64,000 nt of DNA from an uncultured candidate division Zixibacteria bacterium (GTDB lineage Bacteria; Zixibacteria; MSB-5A5; GN15; FEB-12), in contig CAVTJJ010000004.1 in NCBI GenBank assembly GCA_963735035.1, positions 1,344,001 to 1,408,000 on the forward strand, given 5' to 3'. A program made the position numbers and the translations under genes. Positions within the stretch are counted from its first letter, which is position 1. Every line of letters begins with the position of its first letter. Below are positions 30,246-46,360 of this stretch, one piece after another. A model generated the notes under the pieces. The model worked only from the letters and a program-made list of their open reading frames with translations, searched no databases and had not been told where the DNA came from.

Positions 30246-30950
30246 ATGAAACATTCCAAGAGATATCGCGCCCTGCGCGAGAAAGTCGACCGCAAGAAAC
30301 GGTACATGTTGCCGGATGCGGTCAAGATTCTGAAATCCGGAACTCCCGCGAAGTTCGACGAGTCGGTGGAGATAGCGGTTCGTTTGGGTGTCGATCCCAA
30401 GCAGGCCGACCAGATGGTCCGCGCGACGGTGTCATTGCCGCACGGCAGCGGGAAGACCGTTCGCGTGGCGGTGTTCGCTCAGGGCGACAAGGCCACCGAA
30501 GCCAAAGAAGCCGGGGCCGAATTTGTCGGCGCCGACGATCTGGCTGAAAAAATCCAGGGCGGCTGGACCGATTTTGATATCGCCATTGCCACCCCGGACA
30601 TGATGAAAGTGTGCGGTAAGCTGGGTAAAGTCCTTGGCCCGCGCGGGTTGATGCCGAACCCGAAAACCGGCACCGTCACCATGGATATCACTCGCACGGT
30701 CCGCGAAGTCAAGGGCGGCCGTATCGAGTTCCGTGTCGATCGTCAGTCCAACGTGGCGGTAGCGGTCGGCAAGTTGTCCTTCGACGAACAAAAGATAGTC
30801 GAGAATGCTCAGGCTTTTCTGGATGCGTTGATGCGCGCCAAACCGGCGGCGGCCAAAGGCTCGTACGTGCTGGCGGCGTCCATCAGCTCCACCATGGGCC
30901 CTGGGATCAAGCTCGATCACGCCGTACTTCTGGCGGATCTGAAGCGATAA
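30246..30950 (+). CDS. rplA: 50S ribosomal protein L1
   Basis: [28 protein letters not shown]. Confidence 0.98.
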   Translation: MKHSKRYRALREKVDRKKRYMLPDAVKILKSGTPAKFDESVEIAVRLGVDPKQADQMVRATVSLPHGSGKTVRVAVFAQGDKATEAKEAGAEFVGADDLAEKIQGGWTDFDIAIATPDMMKVCGKLGKVLGPRGLMPNPKTGTVTMDITRTVREVKGGRIEFRVDRQSNVAVAVGKLSFDEQKIVENAQAFLDALMRAKPAAAKGSYVLAASISSTMGPGIKLDHAVLLADLKR

Positions 30951-30966
30951 AGAGGAGTCGGTAAAG

Positions 30967-31494
30967 ATGCTTAGACAAGAAAAACTCGATCAAGTCGCCG
31001 AGATCAAAGCGTTGTTCGAAAACGCCGGCGCGTATTTCGTCACCGACTACCAGGGTTTGAATGTCCCGGACATGACCAAGTTGCGGAAGAATCTCCGCAT
31101 CAACAAAGTGAAGTTCGTAGTGGCGAAGAATACCCTGCTCTCGAAGGCGGCTCACGAAGCCGGCCAGACCGGGCTGGATGACTATTTCAAGGGTCCGACC
31201 GCGGTGGCGTTTGCCGCCGATGACCCGTCGGTAGCGGCCAAGATTCTCTACGACTCTTACAAAGAGAAAGAGAAGCCGCGCTTCAAAGTATTCGTGGTCG
31301 AAGGTCAGATTCATCACGCGGATGAAATCAAGATGCTGGCCGAACTGCCGCCGAGAACCGTCCTGTTGTCGCAGGTGGTGGCCGCCGTCGAGTCGCCGCT
31401 CACCAGCCTGGTGGGTTCTTTGGAAGGATTCTTCCGGCCGTTGATTGGTTCAATCGACGCCCTGGCGGAAAAACGAAAGGGCGAAGCGGCCTGA
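30967..31494 (+). CDS. rplJ: 50S ribosomal protein L10
   Basis: DYQGLNV, VAKNTLL, GPTAVAF. Confidence 0.95.
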   Translation: MLRQEKLDQVAEIKALFENAGAYFVTDYQGLNVPDMTKLRKNLRINKVKFVVAKNTLLSKAAHEAGQTGLDDYFKGPTAVAFAADDPSVAAKILYDSYKEKEKPRFKVFVVEGQIHHADEIKMLAELPPRTVLLSQVVAAVESPLTSLVGSLEGFFRPLIGSIDALAEKRKGEAA

Positions 31495-31652
31495 TTTATC
31501 AGGGCCGGTGTGGCGTTGTAATTAAGGCTTTTATAGGGTCGGACCACCCCAAGCTTCTAGGCGGCGAGCCTTGCCGTCTGGGGAATCGGCCGCTCCTGAT
31601 AGAAGAAGTAGCAAAGACAAGAAACAATATTTGATGTTAAGAGGTTAGTACT

Positions 31653-32030
31653 GTGGCTACCGAAGCAATCAATGAAATCGTAGAAAAGATCTCCGGCCTG
31701 ACCGCTATGGAGTTGGCCGATCTTTCGAAAGCTATTCAGGAAAAGTTTGGCGTAACCGCTGCGGCGCCAGTGAGTTATGCTGGCCCGGCGGCTGCTGCTG
31801 GTCCGGCCGCGGCTGAAAAGACCGAGTTCAAGGTCATGCTCAACAGCGCCGGCGACAAGAAGATTCAGGTCATCAAGGTGGTCCGTGAACTGACCAACCT
31901 TGGGCTCAAAGAAGCCAAGGACCTGGTCGAAAGCGCTCCGGCTGCTATTTTGGAAAACGCTGCCAAGGCTGATGCCGAGGCTGCCAAGGCCAAGCTGGAA
32001 GAAGTTGGCGCCAAAGTCGAGCTGAAGTAG
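31653..32030 (+). CDS. rplL: 50S ribosomal protein L7/L12
   Basis: [24 protein letters not shown]. Confidence 0.97.
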   Translation: MATEAINEIVEKISGLTAMELADLSKAIQEKFGVTAAAPVSYAGPAAAAGPAAAEKTEFKVMLNSAGDKKIQVIKVVRELTNLGLKEAKDLVESAPAAILENAAKADAEAAKAKLEEVGAKVELK

Positions 32031-32304
32031 TTAGTTGACTTTTCACCGGCCGGAAACCTTTCTTATACTGGCTGGTTATGTACTTGCGGTCTCGGAGGCG
32101 TGTGCAACGCCTCCGGATACTGCTTTTATTGGTGAGTGGTCTGCGTTAGCAGCTCCCTGTGTGTGCCCGCTGGGCACCGGGAGAATAATGAAACACTTAG
32201 CAGGATCACCAGTGTCCTTTTGTCTGTCGTTTTCAACTATTAATCCTTGTCGTCGAATTATGCCCGCGACGAGGTTTTTTTCGTTACGGTAGGAGGGTAG
32301 AGTT

Positions 32305-36072
<3,768 letters not shown>

Positions 36073-36132
36073 GCGCAGTACCCTTAGGTAGAAGAGCCGT
36101 TCCAGGGAACTGGAAAGATAAAGGAGTCAACA

Positions 36133-39100
36133 GTGGTTGATTTCAGCAGTCAGACTCGTGGACCGCAGAAAAAACCGTCGGATTTCGCCGCCGTACAGAT
36201 TCAGATAGCCTCACCGGAGGTCATTCTGTCTTGGTCGTACGGTGAAGTGACCAAGCCCGAAACCATCAACTACCGGTCGTTCAAACCGGAGCGGGACGGC
36301 TTGTTCTGCGAGCGCATTTTCGGCCCGGTCAAGGATTGGGAGTGCAACTGCGGCAAGTACAAACGGATTCGTTTCCGCGGTATCGTCTGCGACCGTTGCG
36401 GTGTCGAAGTGACTCAGTCCAAGGTGCGCCGGGAACGCATGGGCCATATCGAACTGGCCGTGCCGGTCTCGCACATCTGGTACTTCAAGTCGCTGCCGTC
36501 ACGCATCGGCAATATGCTCGATCTGTCCATCCGGGAACTCGAACGCATTCTCTATTATGAGAACTACGTCATGATCGATCCGGGCAACTCCTCCTACGAA
36601 CGGGGCAATGTCCTGTCAGAAGAGGAATTTTCCGAACTGGAAGAGGCCGGGAAGCAGTTTGACGCCCGCATGGGCGCTGAAGCCATCTTTGAATTGCTGA
36701 AGGAAATCGACATCGACGAAATGGTAGCGACTCTTCGCGCCCAGATCAAGGTCGAGACCTCGGTCCAGCGGAAGAAGGACACCCTGAAACGACTGCGCAT
36801 TTTCGAGTCGTTCCGTCACTCGCAGAACCGCCCCGAGTGGATGATCATGAAGGTCATTCCGGTTATTCCGCCGGATTTGCGTCCGTTGGTGCCGCTAGAG
36901 GGCGGCCGCTTTGCGACCTCCGATCTTAATGATCTGTACCGGCGCGTTATCAACCGCAACAATCGACTCAAGAAGCTTATCGATATTCAGGCTCCGGAAG
37001 TCATTCTTCGCAACGAAAAGAGAATGCTTCAGGAAGCCGTCGACGCCCTGTTCGACAATGGCCGTCGTACCCACTCAGTGCGCGGCGATTCCAAGCGCCC
37101 GCTGAAATCGCTGTCCGACCTGTTGAAAGGGAAGCAGGGGCGGTTCCGTCAGAACCTGCTCGGTAAACGCGTCGATTACTCCGGCCGCTCGGTGATCGTA
37201 GTCGGTCCGGAACTGAAACTGCATCAATGTGGTCTGCCGAAGAACATGGCCCTCGAATTGTTCAAGCCGTTCATCATTATGAAGCTGGAAGAGAAGGGCT
37301 ACGTTCAGACCGTCAAATCGGCCAAGAAACTCGTGGAGCGTGAGCGTCCGGAAGTCTGGGACATTCTGGAAGAGATCATCGAAGATCATCCGGTGTTGCT
37401 CAACCGCGCCCCGACTTTGCACCGTCTCGGTATCCAGGCTTTCTACCCGGTGTTGGTAGAGGGCAAGGCGATCCGTCTGCATCCGCTCGTCTGTGCGGCC
37501 TTCAACGCTGACTTTGACGGTGACCAGATGGCGGTACATGTGCCGTTGTCGTTCGAGGCTCAGCTCGAAGCCCGCATCCTGATGTTGTCTACTAACAATG
37601 TGTTGGTGCCGTCGTCCGGCCGTCCGATTGCCATTCCATCTCAGGACATGGTGTTGGGCTGCTACTATCTCACCAAGTCCCGTCCGGGCGACAAGGGTGA
37701 GGGGATGATATTCCACGGCCCCGATGAGGTGTTGGCGGCGCTTGACAATCACTATGTATCTCTGCACTCGATGATCAAAGTTCGTTTCGAGAACCAATTG
37801 ATTGAGACCACGCCGGGCCGGGTCATATTCAACAACTGCCTTCCGGCCAAGCTGCGTTTCTTCAACAAGGTTGCCAAGAGAGCGCAGCTCGAGGAACTGG
37901 TGCACCAGACCTTCTGTTTCTGTGGCCATGTCGAGACCATCCAATTCCTCGATCGTCTCAAGTTCCTCGGTTTTGAATACGCCACCCTGGCCGGTGTGAC
38001 GGTGTCGATTGACGACCTCGTCGTTCCGGAAGAAAAGGCCGCACTTCTGGAGACCGCCAACAAGCAGGTGGCCAAGATTCAGAAGCAGTACGAGCGTGGT
38101 ATTATCACCAACAGCGAGCGCTACAACCAGGTGATTGATACCTGGACGCAGACTACGTCGCGTGTAGCCGAAGAAATGTTCGAGAATCTGGCGGCACAGG
38201 ATCAGGGCTTCAACCCGATCTACATGATGGCCGATTCCGGCGCCCGAGGTTCCAAAGAACAGATTCGTCAGTTGGCCGGTATGCGCGGTTTGATGGCCAA
38301 GCCGCAGAAGAAGATCACCGGTGGCGTTGGCGAAATTATCGAAACCCCGGTGACCTCGAACTTCCGCGAAGGTCTGTCGGTACAGGAATACTTTATTTCG
38401 ACTCACGGCGCGCGCAAAGGTCTGGCGGATACGGCTCTGAAAACCGCCGACGCCGGTTATTTGACCCGCCGGTTGGTCGATGTGGCTCAGGACGTAATCG
38501 TCAAGGAGCCGGATTGCGGCACCATTCTCGGGCTGGACGTCGCCGCCCTTAAAGAAGGCGAAGAAATTATCGAGTCCCTGCGCGACCGTATTCTCGGACG
38601 CGTGGCCCTCGAAGACGTCGTTGATCCGATTAACAGCGAAGTTATCGTGCTCGGTGGCGAAGAAATTAAGGAAGACGCCAGTTCCAGAATCGAAGATAGC
38701 GGCATTGAGACGGTCAAGATTCGTTCGGTCTTGACGTGTGAAGCAAAACAGGGTGTGTGCGCCAATTGCTACGGTCGAAACCTCGCCACCATGAACATGG
38801 TGGATATCGGCGAGGCCATCGGCGTAATCGCGGCTCAGTCGATCGGCGAGCCGGGCACCCAGTTGACCCTGCGTACCTTCCACATCGGCGGTACCGCGGC
38901 CCGTATCGCGGAACAGTCTCAGGTGGAAGCGAAGTACAGCGGTACCTTGCGGTTTGAGAATGTTCAGGTGGTTGATCGGGAAGACAACACGGCGGTGGTG
39001 ACCAGCCGCGATGGCGCCGGCGAGGCTCACATTATTGATGACAATCAACGCGTCCGTGCCCGACTCAAACTGCCTTACGGCGCCCATTTGTTGATGAAGG

Positions 39101-40254
39101 ATCAGCAGAAAGTCAGCGTGGGCGAGATCGTCTTCGAATGTGATCCGTACACCGGAACCATCGTGGCCGAGCGCTCAGGTAAGATCAAGTTCAAGGACAT
39201 CGAGAAAGACTTGACCGTTCGCGAGGAGATCGACGATCAAACCGGTTTGCGCCAGTTGAAGATTATCGAACAGCGCGACAAGAACATGTTCCCGACCATC
39301 CAGATCACCGGCCAGGCCGGTCGTGTGGTGGCCAGCTACCGTATTCCGACCGAAGCCCAGTTGCAGGTGCAGGACGGTCAGGACGTCATGGCGGGTGACC
39401 ATCTGGTGAAGATGCCGCGTATGATCGCCCGATCCCGCGATATTACCGGCGGTCTGCCGCGCGTGGCCGAGCTCTTCGAAGCCCGGCGGCCGCACGATCC
39501 GGCGGTCATCACTGAAGTTGACGGCGCAGTCGAGTTTGGCAAGGTCGTTCGCGGTCAGCAGCAGATTATCGTGAAGGACGAGGCGGGCGATTCGCGCGAG
39601 TATCTGGTACCTCACGGTAAACACATGATGGTGCATGATGCCGATCAAGTGCGTGCCGGAGACCGGCTGTGCGAAGGCTCAGTCGATCCTCACGATATTC
39701 TTAAGATCATGGGCGTGTACGAAGTGCAGGCCTACCTGGTGAACGAAATCCAGGAAGTCTATCGTCTGCAGGGCGTGAAGATCAACGACAAGCACATCGA
39801 AATCATCGTCCGGCAGATGCTTCAGAAAGTTCTGATCGATCACCCCGGAGATACCAATTTCCTCGAGGGCGAGAAGGTCGACAAGATGAAGTTCCTCGAC
39901 GAAAACGCCCGAATTATCGCCGAAGGCGGCGAGCCGGCTACGGCCGAACCGCTGTTGCTTGGGATCACCAGGGCGTCGTTGTCGACCGAGAGCTTTATCT
40001 CTGCGGCGTCGTTCCAGGAAACCACCAAGGTGTTGACTGAAGCGGCAGTAGCCGGAAAGATCGACAACCTGATGGGTCTCAAGGAAAACGTTATCATCGG
40101 TCACCTGATTCCGGCCGGAACCGGGATTGAGCGCTACCGAAGCGTATTCCTGCAGCACGAAGATGAGGAAGAGGCTGAAGTTGCGGTCGAGGTAGCTGCC
40201 CCGACTCCCCGGCCAAAGGAGTCAATGGCCGACATATTTGAGGAAAAACAGTGA
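36133..40254 (+). CDS. rpoC: RNA polymerase beta' subunit
   Basis: [10 protein letters not shown]-terminal Zn finger, TQLTLRTFH. Confidence 0.99.
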   Translation: MVDFSSQTRGPQKKPSDFAAVQIQIASPEVILSWSYGEVTKPETINYRSFKPERDGLFCERIFGPVKDWECNCGKYKRIRFRGIVCDRCGVEVTQSKVRRERMGHIELAVPVSHIWYFKSLPSRIGNMLDLSIRELERILYYENYVMIDPGNSSYERGNVLSEEEFSELEEAGKQFDARMGAEAIFELLKEIDIDEMVATLRAQIKVETSVQRKKDTLKRLRIFESFRHSQNRPEWMIMKVIPVIPPDLRPLVPLEGGRFATSDLNDLYRRVINRNNRLKKLIDIQAPEVILRNEKRMLQEAVDALFDNGRRTHSVRGDSKRPLKSLSDLLKGKQGRFRQNLLGKRVDYSGRSVIVVGPELKLHQCGLPKNMALELFKPFIIMKLEEKGYVQTVKSAKKLVERERPEVWDILEEIIEDHPVLLNRAPTLHRLGIQAFYPVLVEGKAIRLHPLVCAAFNADFDGDQMAVHVPLSFEAQLEARILMLSTNNVLVPSSGRPIAIPSQDMVLGCYYLTKSRPGDKGEGMIFHGPDEVLAALDNHYVSLHSMIKVRFENQLIETTPGRVIFNNCLPAKLRFFNKVAKRAQLEELVHQTFCFCGHVETIQFLDRLKFLGFEYATLAGVTVSIDDLVVPEEKAALLETANKQVAKIQKQYERGIITNSERYNQVIDTWTQTTSRVAEEMFENLAAQDQGFNPIYMMADSGARGSKEQIRQLAGMRGLMAKPQKKITGGVGEIIETPVTSNFREGLSVQEYFISTHGARKGLADTALKTADAGYLTRRLVDVAQDVIVKEPDCGTILGLDVAALKEGEEIIESLRDRILGRVALEDVVDPINSEVIVLGGEEIKEDASSRIEDSGIETVKIRSVLTCEAKQGVCANCYGRNLATMNMVDIGEAIGVIAAQSIGEPGTQLTLRTFHIGGTAARIAEQSQVEAKYSGTLRFENVQVVDREDNTAVVTSRDGAGEAHIIDDNQRVRARLKLPYGAHLLMKDQQKVSVGEIVFECDPYTGTIVAERSGKIKFKDIEKDLTVREEIDDQTGLRQLKIIEQRDKNMFPTIQITGQAGRVVASYRIPTEAQLQVQDGQDVMAGDHLVKMPRMIARSRDITGGLPRVAELFEARRPHDPAVITEVDGAVEFGKVVRGQQQIIVKDEAGDSREYLVPHGKHMMVHDADQVRAGDRLCEGSVDPHDILKIMGVYEVQAYLVNEIQEVYRLQGVKINDKHIEIIVRQMLQKVLIDHPGDTNFLEGEKVDKMKFLDENARIIAEGGEPATAEPLLLGITRASLSTESFISAASFQETTKVLTEAAVAGKIDNLMGLKENVIIGHLIPAGTGIERYRSVFLQHEDEEEAEVAVEVAAPTPRPKESMADIFEEKQ

Positions 40255-40270
40255 TTTTTCCCGAAAGGCC

Positions 40271-40298
40271 TTGACAAACCGAGCGTTGTGGATAAATT
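40271..40298 (+). promoter_or_regulatory. Promoter of str operon
   Basis: TTGACA-N16-TAAATT. Confidence 0.6.
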
Positions 40299-40348
40299 GC
40301 GAGTCTCTTATAGGTTTATTGTACGAGTATGTGTCTTAGGAGCAAATA

Positions 40349-40723
40349 TTGCCGACTGTAAATCAACTTATCCGCAAGGGTCGCAAGCGGATAGTAGGTA
40401 AGACCAAGACCCCCGCGATGGGTAGATGTCCTCAGAAGAGAGGCGTTTGCACAAGAGTCTACACTTCGACCCCGAAAAAGCCGAATTCGGCTCTTCGCAA
40501 AGTCGCGCGTGTACGCCTGACCAACAAGATGGAGGTCACGGCCTACATCCCGGGTGAAGGCCATAATTTGCAAGAGCACTCCATCGTGCTGATCAGAGGC
40601 GGCCGCGTCAAAGATCTGCCAGGTGTGCGCTACCATATCATTCGCGGCACCATGGATACCGCCGGCGTGGCGGATCGTACCAAGAGTCGCTCCAAGTACG
40701 GAACCAAGAGGCCGAAAAAGTAG
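40349..40723 (+). CDS. rpsL: 30S ribosomal protein S12
   Basis: [20 protein letters not shown]. Confidence 0.99.
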   Translation: MPTVNQLIRKGRKRIVGKTKTPAMGRCPQKRGVCTRVYTSTPKKPNSALRKVARVRLTNKMEVTAYIPGEGHNLQEHSIVLIRGGRVKDLPGVRYHIIRGTMDTAGVADRTKSRSKYGTKRPKK

Positions 40724-40740
40724 CTGGGTAGGTAGTCTCA

Positions 40741-41211
40741 ATGTCAAGAAGATCCAAACCACCGAAACGCCGTTTGAAGCCCGACCACAAGTATCGTGAT
40801 ATGTTGGTCGCCGAATTCGTATCCTGCCTGCTGAAAAGCGGCAAGCGCTCGACGGCTGAGAATCTGTTTTACGATTCGCTGACACTGCTCGAAAAGAAGT
40901 CCGGGCATGCCGGTGTCGAAGTGTTCCACAAGGCGATGGAAAACGTCAAGCCTACTCTGGAAGTGAAGTCCCGTCGCGTCGGCGGCGCCACTTACCAGGT
41001 TCCGGTGGAAGTCCGGTCGGATCGGCGCATTGCCCTGGCTATTCGCTGGCTCATTGCCAACGCCAGTTCCAGAAACGATAAGTCGATGTCTGATAAATTG
41101 GCGGCTGAATTTCAGGCCGCTGCGAACAACGAAGGTGGAGCGGTTAAGAAGAAAGAAGACACCCACAAAATGGCCGAGGCAAACAAGGCCTTTGCCCACT
41201 TTAGGTGGTAA
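40741..41211 (+). CDS. rpsG: 30S ribosomal protein S7
   Basis: RRVGGATYQVP, HKMAEANKAFAHFRW. Confidence 0.98.
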   Translation: MSRRSKPPKRRLKPDHKYRDMLVAEFVSCLLKSGKRSTAENLFYDSLTLLEKKSGHAGVEVFHKAMENVKPTLEVKSRRVGGATYQVPVEVRSDRRIALAIRWLIANASSRNDKSMSDKLAAEFQAAANNEGGAVKKKEDTHKMAEANKAFAHFRW

Positions 41212-41414
41212 GGTGTCACTCTCTTGCGCGTTGAGAGTGGTCGCTTGATGCAACAGTCGGATTGACTGCGAGGTAATGACTTGAGCCTCACGAATTGGTG
41301 ACGCTCAGAAGCTGCCGTCAAGGTTCCCCAACCCTGCTGACCGGGTAACCAGGATCTCGGCTTCGAGTGAGATTCTTTTTTTGTTTAAGGTTGGTTACTC
41401 AGTAGGGTTTTTTC
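41212..41414 (+). promoter_or_regulatory. Structured rpsG-fusA intergenic RNA containing a terminator-like hairpin
   Basis: Several hairpins; ggatctc/gagattc plus T7 nested in a long stem 41330-41351/41392-41409. Confidence 0.5.
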
Positions 41415-43496
41415 ATGTCTGCTCGTCCGAATTTAACAACTGTCCGAAACATCGGAATCATGGCTCACATAGACGCGGGTAAAACCACGACTACGGAGCG
41501 GATTCTGTTCTATACCGGACGTACCCATCGAATCGGCGAAGTCGACGACGGCGCCGCCACGATGGACTGGATGGCGCAGGAGAAAGAACGCGGCATCACC
41601 ATCACTTCCGCTGCCACGACCACGTTCTGGCGAAATCATACTATTAATATCATCGATACCCCCGGACACGTCGACTTCACCGTTGAAGTTGAGCGGTCGC
41701 TTCGGGTTCTCGACGGTGCCGTGGCGCTGTTTTGCGCGGTCGGCGGTGTCGAGCCTCAGTCCGAGACGGTCTGGCGTCAGGCTGACAAATATCGCGTTCC
41801 GCGCATAGCCTACATCAACAAGATGGATCGCACCGGCGCATCGTTCGCGAATACGCTGAAGTCGATGAACGAGCGGTTGGGCGCCAACTGCGTCGCAATC
41901 GCTGTCCCGGCCGGTGAAGGCAACATGTTCAGCGGCATTATCGACCTTGTGACCATGACCCTCCGCGTTTTCCACGAGGAAACCAAGGGTGTTACCTTCG
42001 ATGATTTCCCGGTTCCGGACGACATGATCGAGCTGGCTAACGAGTACCGTGAGAAGCTTTTGGAGGCGGTGGCCGATGTAGACGACCATCTCCTCGAACA
42101 GTTCCTCCACGACCAGCCGATCAATCCGACGGACATTATTCAGGCTGTCCGCATGGCCACGATCCAGAACAAGATGGTCCCGGTCCTGTGCGGCTCGTCG
42201 TTCAAGAACAAGGGTATTCAGAAGCTGCTGGATGCCATCGTCGATTTCCTCCCGGCGCCGACCGATATGCCCCCGGTAATCGGCCACGACATCAAGAATC
42301 CTGAAAAGACTATCGAGCGGAAACCGTCGGACGAAGAACCTACCTCAGCGCTGGCTTTCAAGATTGCCACTGACCCCCACGTTGGGCGCTTGACTTACCT
42401 CCGGGTCTATTCGGGCGCGGTGGAAGCCGGGTCGTATCTCCTGAATCCCACCAGTGGAATCAAAGAGCGGGTCGGCCGGCTATTGAGAATGCATTCGAAC
42501 AAGCGCGAAGATATCCAAACCGCTCCGGCCGGAGACATTGTGGCCGTGATCGGATTCCGCAAGACCACGACCGGCGACACGCTTTGCGATCTGAAGCACC
42601 CGATCATTCTGGAACGTCCCCAATTTCCAGAACCGGTCGTCATGGTCGCGATTGAGCCCAAAACCAAGGCCGACCAGGACAAGCTGGCGGACGGAATGGC
42701 GCGCCTGGCCGAAGAAGACCCGACTTTCGTGGTAAAGGTCGACGAAGAAACCGGCCAGACCATCATCTCCGGAATGGGCGAATTACACCTCGAAATACTG
42801 ATTGACCGCCTCCTTAGGGAATTTGGCGTCCAAGCCGGGATAGGCAAGCCTTCGGTGGCCTACAAAGAGGCCATTACCAAGGAAGTCGAGTGCGAAGGTC
42901 GATTTATTCGTCAATCGGGCGGAAAAGGCCAGTACGGACACGTCAAATTGCGTCTTTCGCCCCTGCGGGACGGCACTCATTTTGTTTTTGTTAATAAAAC
43001 CATTGGCGGAACCGTTCCCCGCGAGTATATTCACGCCGTTGAAAAAGGCGCCCGGGATGCCATGGGCAACGGTGTCCTGGCCGGCTACCCTCTGACCGGA
43101 ATCCACTGCGAGTTGTATGACGGCAGTTATCATGAAGTCGACTCGAGTGAGTTGGCATTCAAAGTAGCCGCGTCAATGGCTCTGCAGGCCGGTGCAAAGA
43201 AAGCCGGTCTGGTGTTGCTCGAACCGATTATGAGTGTGGAAGTGGTCGTGCCTGAAGTTTATCTGGGTACAGTGGTCGGCGATTTGAATTCGCGACGTGG
43301 AAGAATCAGCGGCATGCTGCCGCGTAATGATATGACCGTAGTTGCGGTCCGTGTGCCGTTGTCCGAAATGTTCGGCTACGCCAACACGCTCCGCAATATA
43401 TCGCAGGGACGTGCCGTGTTTACGATGGAATTCTCCCATTACGATCCGGTGCCCAGCGAAGTGACCAAAAAAATGTTAGATGGTGCGATTGTCTAA
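41415..43496 (+). CDS. fusA: Elongation factor G
   Basis: [29 protein letters not shown]. Confidence 0.99.
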   Translation: MSARPNLTTVRNIGIMAHIDAGKTTTTERILFYTGRTHRIGEVDDGAATMDWMAQEKERGITITSAATTTFWRNHTINIIDTPGHVDFTVEVERSLRVLDGAVALFCAVGGVEPQSETVWRQADKYRVPRIAYINKMDRTGASFANTLKSMNERLGANCVAIAVPAGEGNMFSGIIDLVTMTLRVFHEETKGVTFDDFPVPDDMIELANEYREKLLEAVADVDDHLLEQFLHDQPINPTDIIQAVRMATIQNKMVPVLCGSSFKNKGIQKLLDAIVDFLPAPTDMPPVIGHDIKNPEKTIERKPSDEEPTSALAFKIATDPHVGRLTYLRVYSGAVEAGSYLLNPTSGIKERVGRLLRMHSNKREDIQTAPAGDIVAVIGFRKTTTGDTLCDLKHPIILERPQFPEPVVMVAIEPKTKADQDKLADGMARLAEEDPTFVVKVDEETGQTIISGMGELHLEILIDRLLREFGVQAGIGKPSVAYKEAITKEVECEGRFIRQSGGKGQYGHVKLRLSPLRDGTHFVFVNKTIGGTVPREYIHAVEKGARDAMGNGVLAGYPLTGIHCELYDGSYHEVDSSELAFKVAASMALQAGAKKAGLVLLEPIMSVEVVVPEVYLGTVVGDLNSRRGRISGMLPRNDMTVVAVRVPLSEMFGYANTLRNISQGRAVFTMEFSHYDPVPSEVTKKMLDGAIV

Positions 43497-43514
43497 GCGA
43501 GGAGAGCCTCTGGT

Positions 43515-44720
43515 ATGGCTAAGGAGAAATTTGATCGTAGTAAGCCGCACGTGAACGTTGGCACAATCGGTCACGTGGATCATGGTAAGACGACGTTGAC
43601 GGCAGCGATCACGATGTGCATGGCGAAGAAGAACAAGACCGCAATTCGGACGTTCGATTCGATCGACAACGCGCCGGAAGAGCGGGAACGTGGTATTACG
43701 ATTGCCACCGCGCACGTCGAGTACGAGACGGACAAACGCCACTATGCGCACGTCGACTGTCCCGGTCACGCTGACTATGTGAAGAACATGATCACGGGCG
43801 CCGCCCAGATGGACGGTGCGATCGTGGTGGTTTCGGCGGCGGATGGCCCGATGCCTCAGACGCGGGAACACATTCTGTTGGCGCGTCAGGTAGGTGTGCC
43901 GTTCATTATCGTGTTCATGAACAAAGTTGATATGGTTGATGATCCGGAATTGTTGGATCTGGTGGAGCTCGAAGTACGTGATCTGCTGAACCAGTACAAG
44001 TTCCCGGGTGATGATATACCGGTTATTCGTGGTTCGGCGCTTCAGGCGTTGACGGCGGGCACGGCTGACAAGCCGATTGATGACCCGGCGTTCAAGTGCA
44101 TTCTGGAGCTTCTGGAAGCCTGCGACAACTACATCCCGTTGCCGAAACGTGAGAAGGACAAGCCGTTCTTGATGCCGATCGAAGACGTGTTTTCGATCAC
44201 GGGTCGTGGGACTGTGGGCACGGGTCGTGTCGAGCGCGGCATTATTAAGCAGGGCGCTGAAGTTGAGATCGTGGGTATTCGTGACACGCGCAAGACAGTC
44301 GTGACCGGTATCGAAATGTTCCGGAAACTACTGGATGACGCGGAAGCGGGCGACAACGTTGGACTTCTGCTGCGCGGTATCGATAAGGAAGATCTGGAAC
44401 GCGGGATGGTGTTAGCGGCTCCGGGCTCGGTAAAGCCGCACAAGAATTTCAAGGCGGAAGTGTACGTTTTGAAGAAGGAAGAGGGTGGTCGTCACACGCC
44501 GTTCTTCACGGGCTATCGTCCGCAGTTTTATTTCCGGACGACGGACGTGACGGGATCGGCGCATCTGCCCGAGGGTATCGAGATGGTGATGCCGGGCGAC
44601 AACGTGACGATGACGGTGGAGTTGTTGACGCCGATCGCGATGGAGAAAGAGTTGCGGTTTGCGATACGAGAAGGCGGTCGCACCATTGGCGCAGGTGTCA
44701 TCGCGGAAATTTTGGAATAA
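43515..44720 (+). CDS. tuf: Elongation factor Tu (copy 2)
   Basis: Same protein as copy 1 except residue 8 (S vs T). Confidence 0.99.
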   Translation: MAKEKFDRSKPHVNVGTIGHVDHGKTTLTAAITMCMAKKNKTAIRTFDSIDNAPEERERGITIATAHVEYETDKRHYAHVDCPGHADYVKNMITGAAQMDGAIVVVSAADGPMPQTREHILLARQVGVPFIIVFMNKVDMVDDPELLDLVELEVRDLLNQYKFPGDDIPVIRGSALQALTAGTADKPIDDPAFKCILELLEACDNYIPLPKREKDKPFLMPIEDVFSITGRGTVGTGRVERGIIKQGAEVEIVGIRDTRKTVVTGIEMFRKLLDDAEAGDNVGLLLRGIDKEDLERGMVLAAPGSVKPHKNFKAEVYVLKKEEGGRHTPFFTGYRPQFYFRTTDVTGSAHLPEGIEMVMPGDNVTMTVELLTPIAMEKELRFAIREGGRTIGAGVIAEILE

Positions 44721-44738
44721 CCAGCCGGGAAGATTCCG

Positions 44739-45047
44739 ATGGACGTGCAAAAAATAAGAATTCGGCTTAAGGCCTACGATCACTATTCACTGGATCGGTC
44801 GACCAAGGAAATCGCCAACACGGTGCTTCGCACCGGGGCGCGTCTGGTCGGACCGGTGCCGCTTCCGACGAAGCGGACGGTGTATACCGTGCTGCGTTCG
44901 CCCCATGTCGACAAGAAATCACGCGAGCAGTTCGAAACCCGCGTACACAAACGTTTGATCGACATCTATGATTCGACGCCGCAGACGGTCGATGCCCTCA
45001 TGAAGCTCGACTTGCCCGCGGGAGTGGATGTAGAGATCAAGACTTGA
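44739..45047 (+). CDS. rpsJ: 30S ribosomal protein S10
   Basis: [24 protein letters not shown]. Confidence 0.98.
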   Translation: MDVQKIRIRLKAYDHYSLDRSTKEIANTVLRTGARLVGPVPLPTKRTVYTVLRSPHVDKKSREQFETRVHKRLIDIYDSTPQTVDALMKLDLPAGVDVEIKT

Positions 45048-45059
45048 TGGATTGACGCC

Positions 45060-45734
45060 ATGAAAGAAATTCTCGGAAAAAAACTAGGTATGACGCGGAT
45101 ATTCGCCGAATCGGGCGAGATGCTCTCGTGCACTGTGATTGAGGCCGGTCCCTGCTCCGTGGTGAGCAAGAAGACGACCGAAAAGCATGGCTACGAAGCT
45201 TACCAGGTGGCCTTCGGCAAAGTCAAGAAGACGCGCCGCATCCTCGACGGCAAACGCAAGGTGCGGTCACACGCCACCAAGCCGCTGTCCGGTGTGTATA
45301 CGAAGGTCGGCCAGGAGCCCCGCGAGTTCCTCCGCGAGATCAAGTTCGACGAAGGTCAGCTTGAGGTCGGAGCGGAACTGAAGGTCAGTGTCTTCAAAGA
45401 AGGCGAACGGGTCGACGTGTCCGGCGTTTCGCGCGGCCTGGGTTTCCAGGGCGGCATGAAACTGCACAACTTTGGCGGCGGCAGCAAGACCCACGGCCAG
45501 TCCGATCGTATGCGCGCTCCGGGTTCAATCGGCTCCTCATCTTATCCGTCCCGCGTATTCCGCGGCCAGCGGATGGCCGGTCGGATGGGGCGGAACAACG
45601 TCACGGTTGTGAATTTACCGGTCGTAAAGATTATCGAAGAAGAGAACCTGATGCTGATTCGGGGTGCTATCCCAGGTAATAAGGGGTCCCTCGTAATGGT
45701 TCGTAAGTCCAGTCGTTCTCGTAACGGAAGATGA
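45060..45734 (+). CDS. rplC: 50S ribosomal protein L3
   Basis: GKKLGMT, GFQG, RAPGSIG. Confidence 0.97.
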   Translation: MKEILGKKLGMTRIFAESGEMLSCTVIEAGPCSVVSKKTTEKHGYEAYQVAFGKVKKTRRILDGKRKVRSHATKPLSGVYTKVGQEPREFLREIKFDEGQLEVGAELKVSVFKEGERVDVSGVSRGLGFQGGMKLHNFGGGSKTHGQSDRMRAPGSIGSSSYPSRVFRGQRMAGRMGRNNVTVVNLPVVKIIEEENLMLIRGAIPGNKGSLVMVRKSSRSRNGR

Positions 45735-46360
45735 CCATGAAAGTTAAGATTTACAATCAGGAAGGTGTTGCGGTCGGCGAGACTGAGTTGAATCCCGCAA
45801 TTTTCGGCATTGAGCCGAACGAAGCCGTGGTTCATCAGTACATCGTCAACTTCCTGGCGCGTCAGCGTCAGGGCAACGCCGAGACCAAGACCCGTCATGA
45901 AGTTCGCGGCGGCGGTGTCAAGCCCTATCGTCAGAAGGGTACCGGCCGGGCTCGTATGGGCAGCTTGCGGACGCCTCTGAGACGCGGCGGCGGCACGGTC
46001 TTCGGACCCCACCCGCGCGATTACGGCTCGCGGTTTCCCAAGCAGATGAAGCGGCTGGCAATGAAATCGGTCTTTTCCGAAAAAGCACGCACCGAGAAGA
46101 TCAAGGTGATCGACAAATTCTCGTTCGCCGAGGTCAAGACCAAATCGATGGTTACGGTGCTGTCCAAGCTGGCTCTCGAAGGTCGTCGCTGCATCATTCT
46201 CGACGAAGGCCGCAACGACCGCTTGAATCTGTCTTGCCGCAATATCCCTGGTGTTACCGTGCGTCACGCGGCTACGGCCAGCGGCTATGAACTGTTGAAT
46301 GCCGACTACCTGGTGTTTACCAAGGCTGGTCTGGAGAAGGTGGGAGAGGTGTTCGTATGA
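45731..46360 (+). CDS. rplD: 50S ribosomal protein L4
   Basis: KPYRQKGTGRAR, GGGTVFGP-x-PRDY. Confidence 0.97.
   Translation: MTMKVKIYNQEGVAVGETELNPAIFGIEPNEAVVHQYIVNFLARQRQGNAETKTRHEVRGGGVKPYRQKGTGRARMGSLRTPLRRGGGTVFGPHPRDYGSRFPKQMKRLAMKSVFSEKARTEKIKVIDKFSFAEVKTKSMVTVLSKLALEGRRCIILDEGRNDRLNLSCRNIPGVTVRHAATASGYELLNADYLVFTKAGLEKVGEVFV

Noticed and set aside
32035..32292. 85-aa ORF between rplL and rpoB
   Set aside because: TTG start without RBS and atypical composition; better explained as a structured leader
37075..39087. 670-aa antisense ORF, plus other long antisense ORFs over rpoB, fusA, secY, nadK and ispA
   Set aside because: Mirror frames of highly codon-biased core genes with no protein motifs
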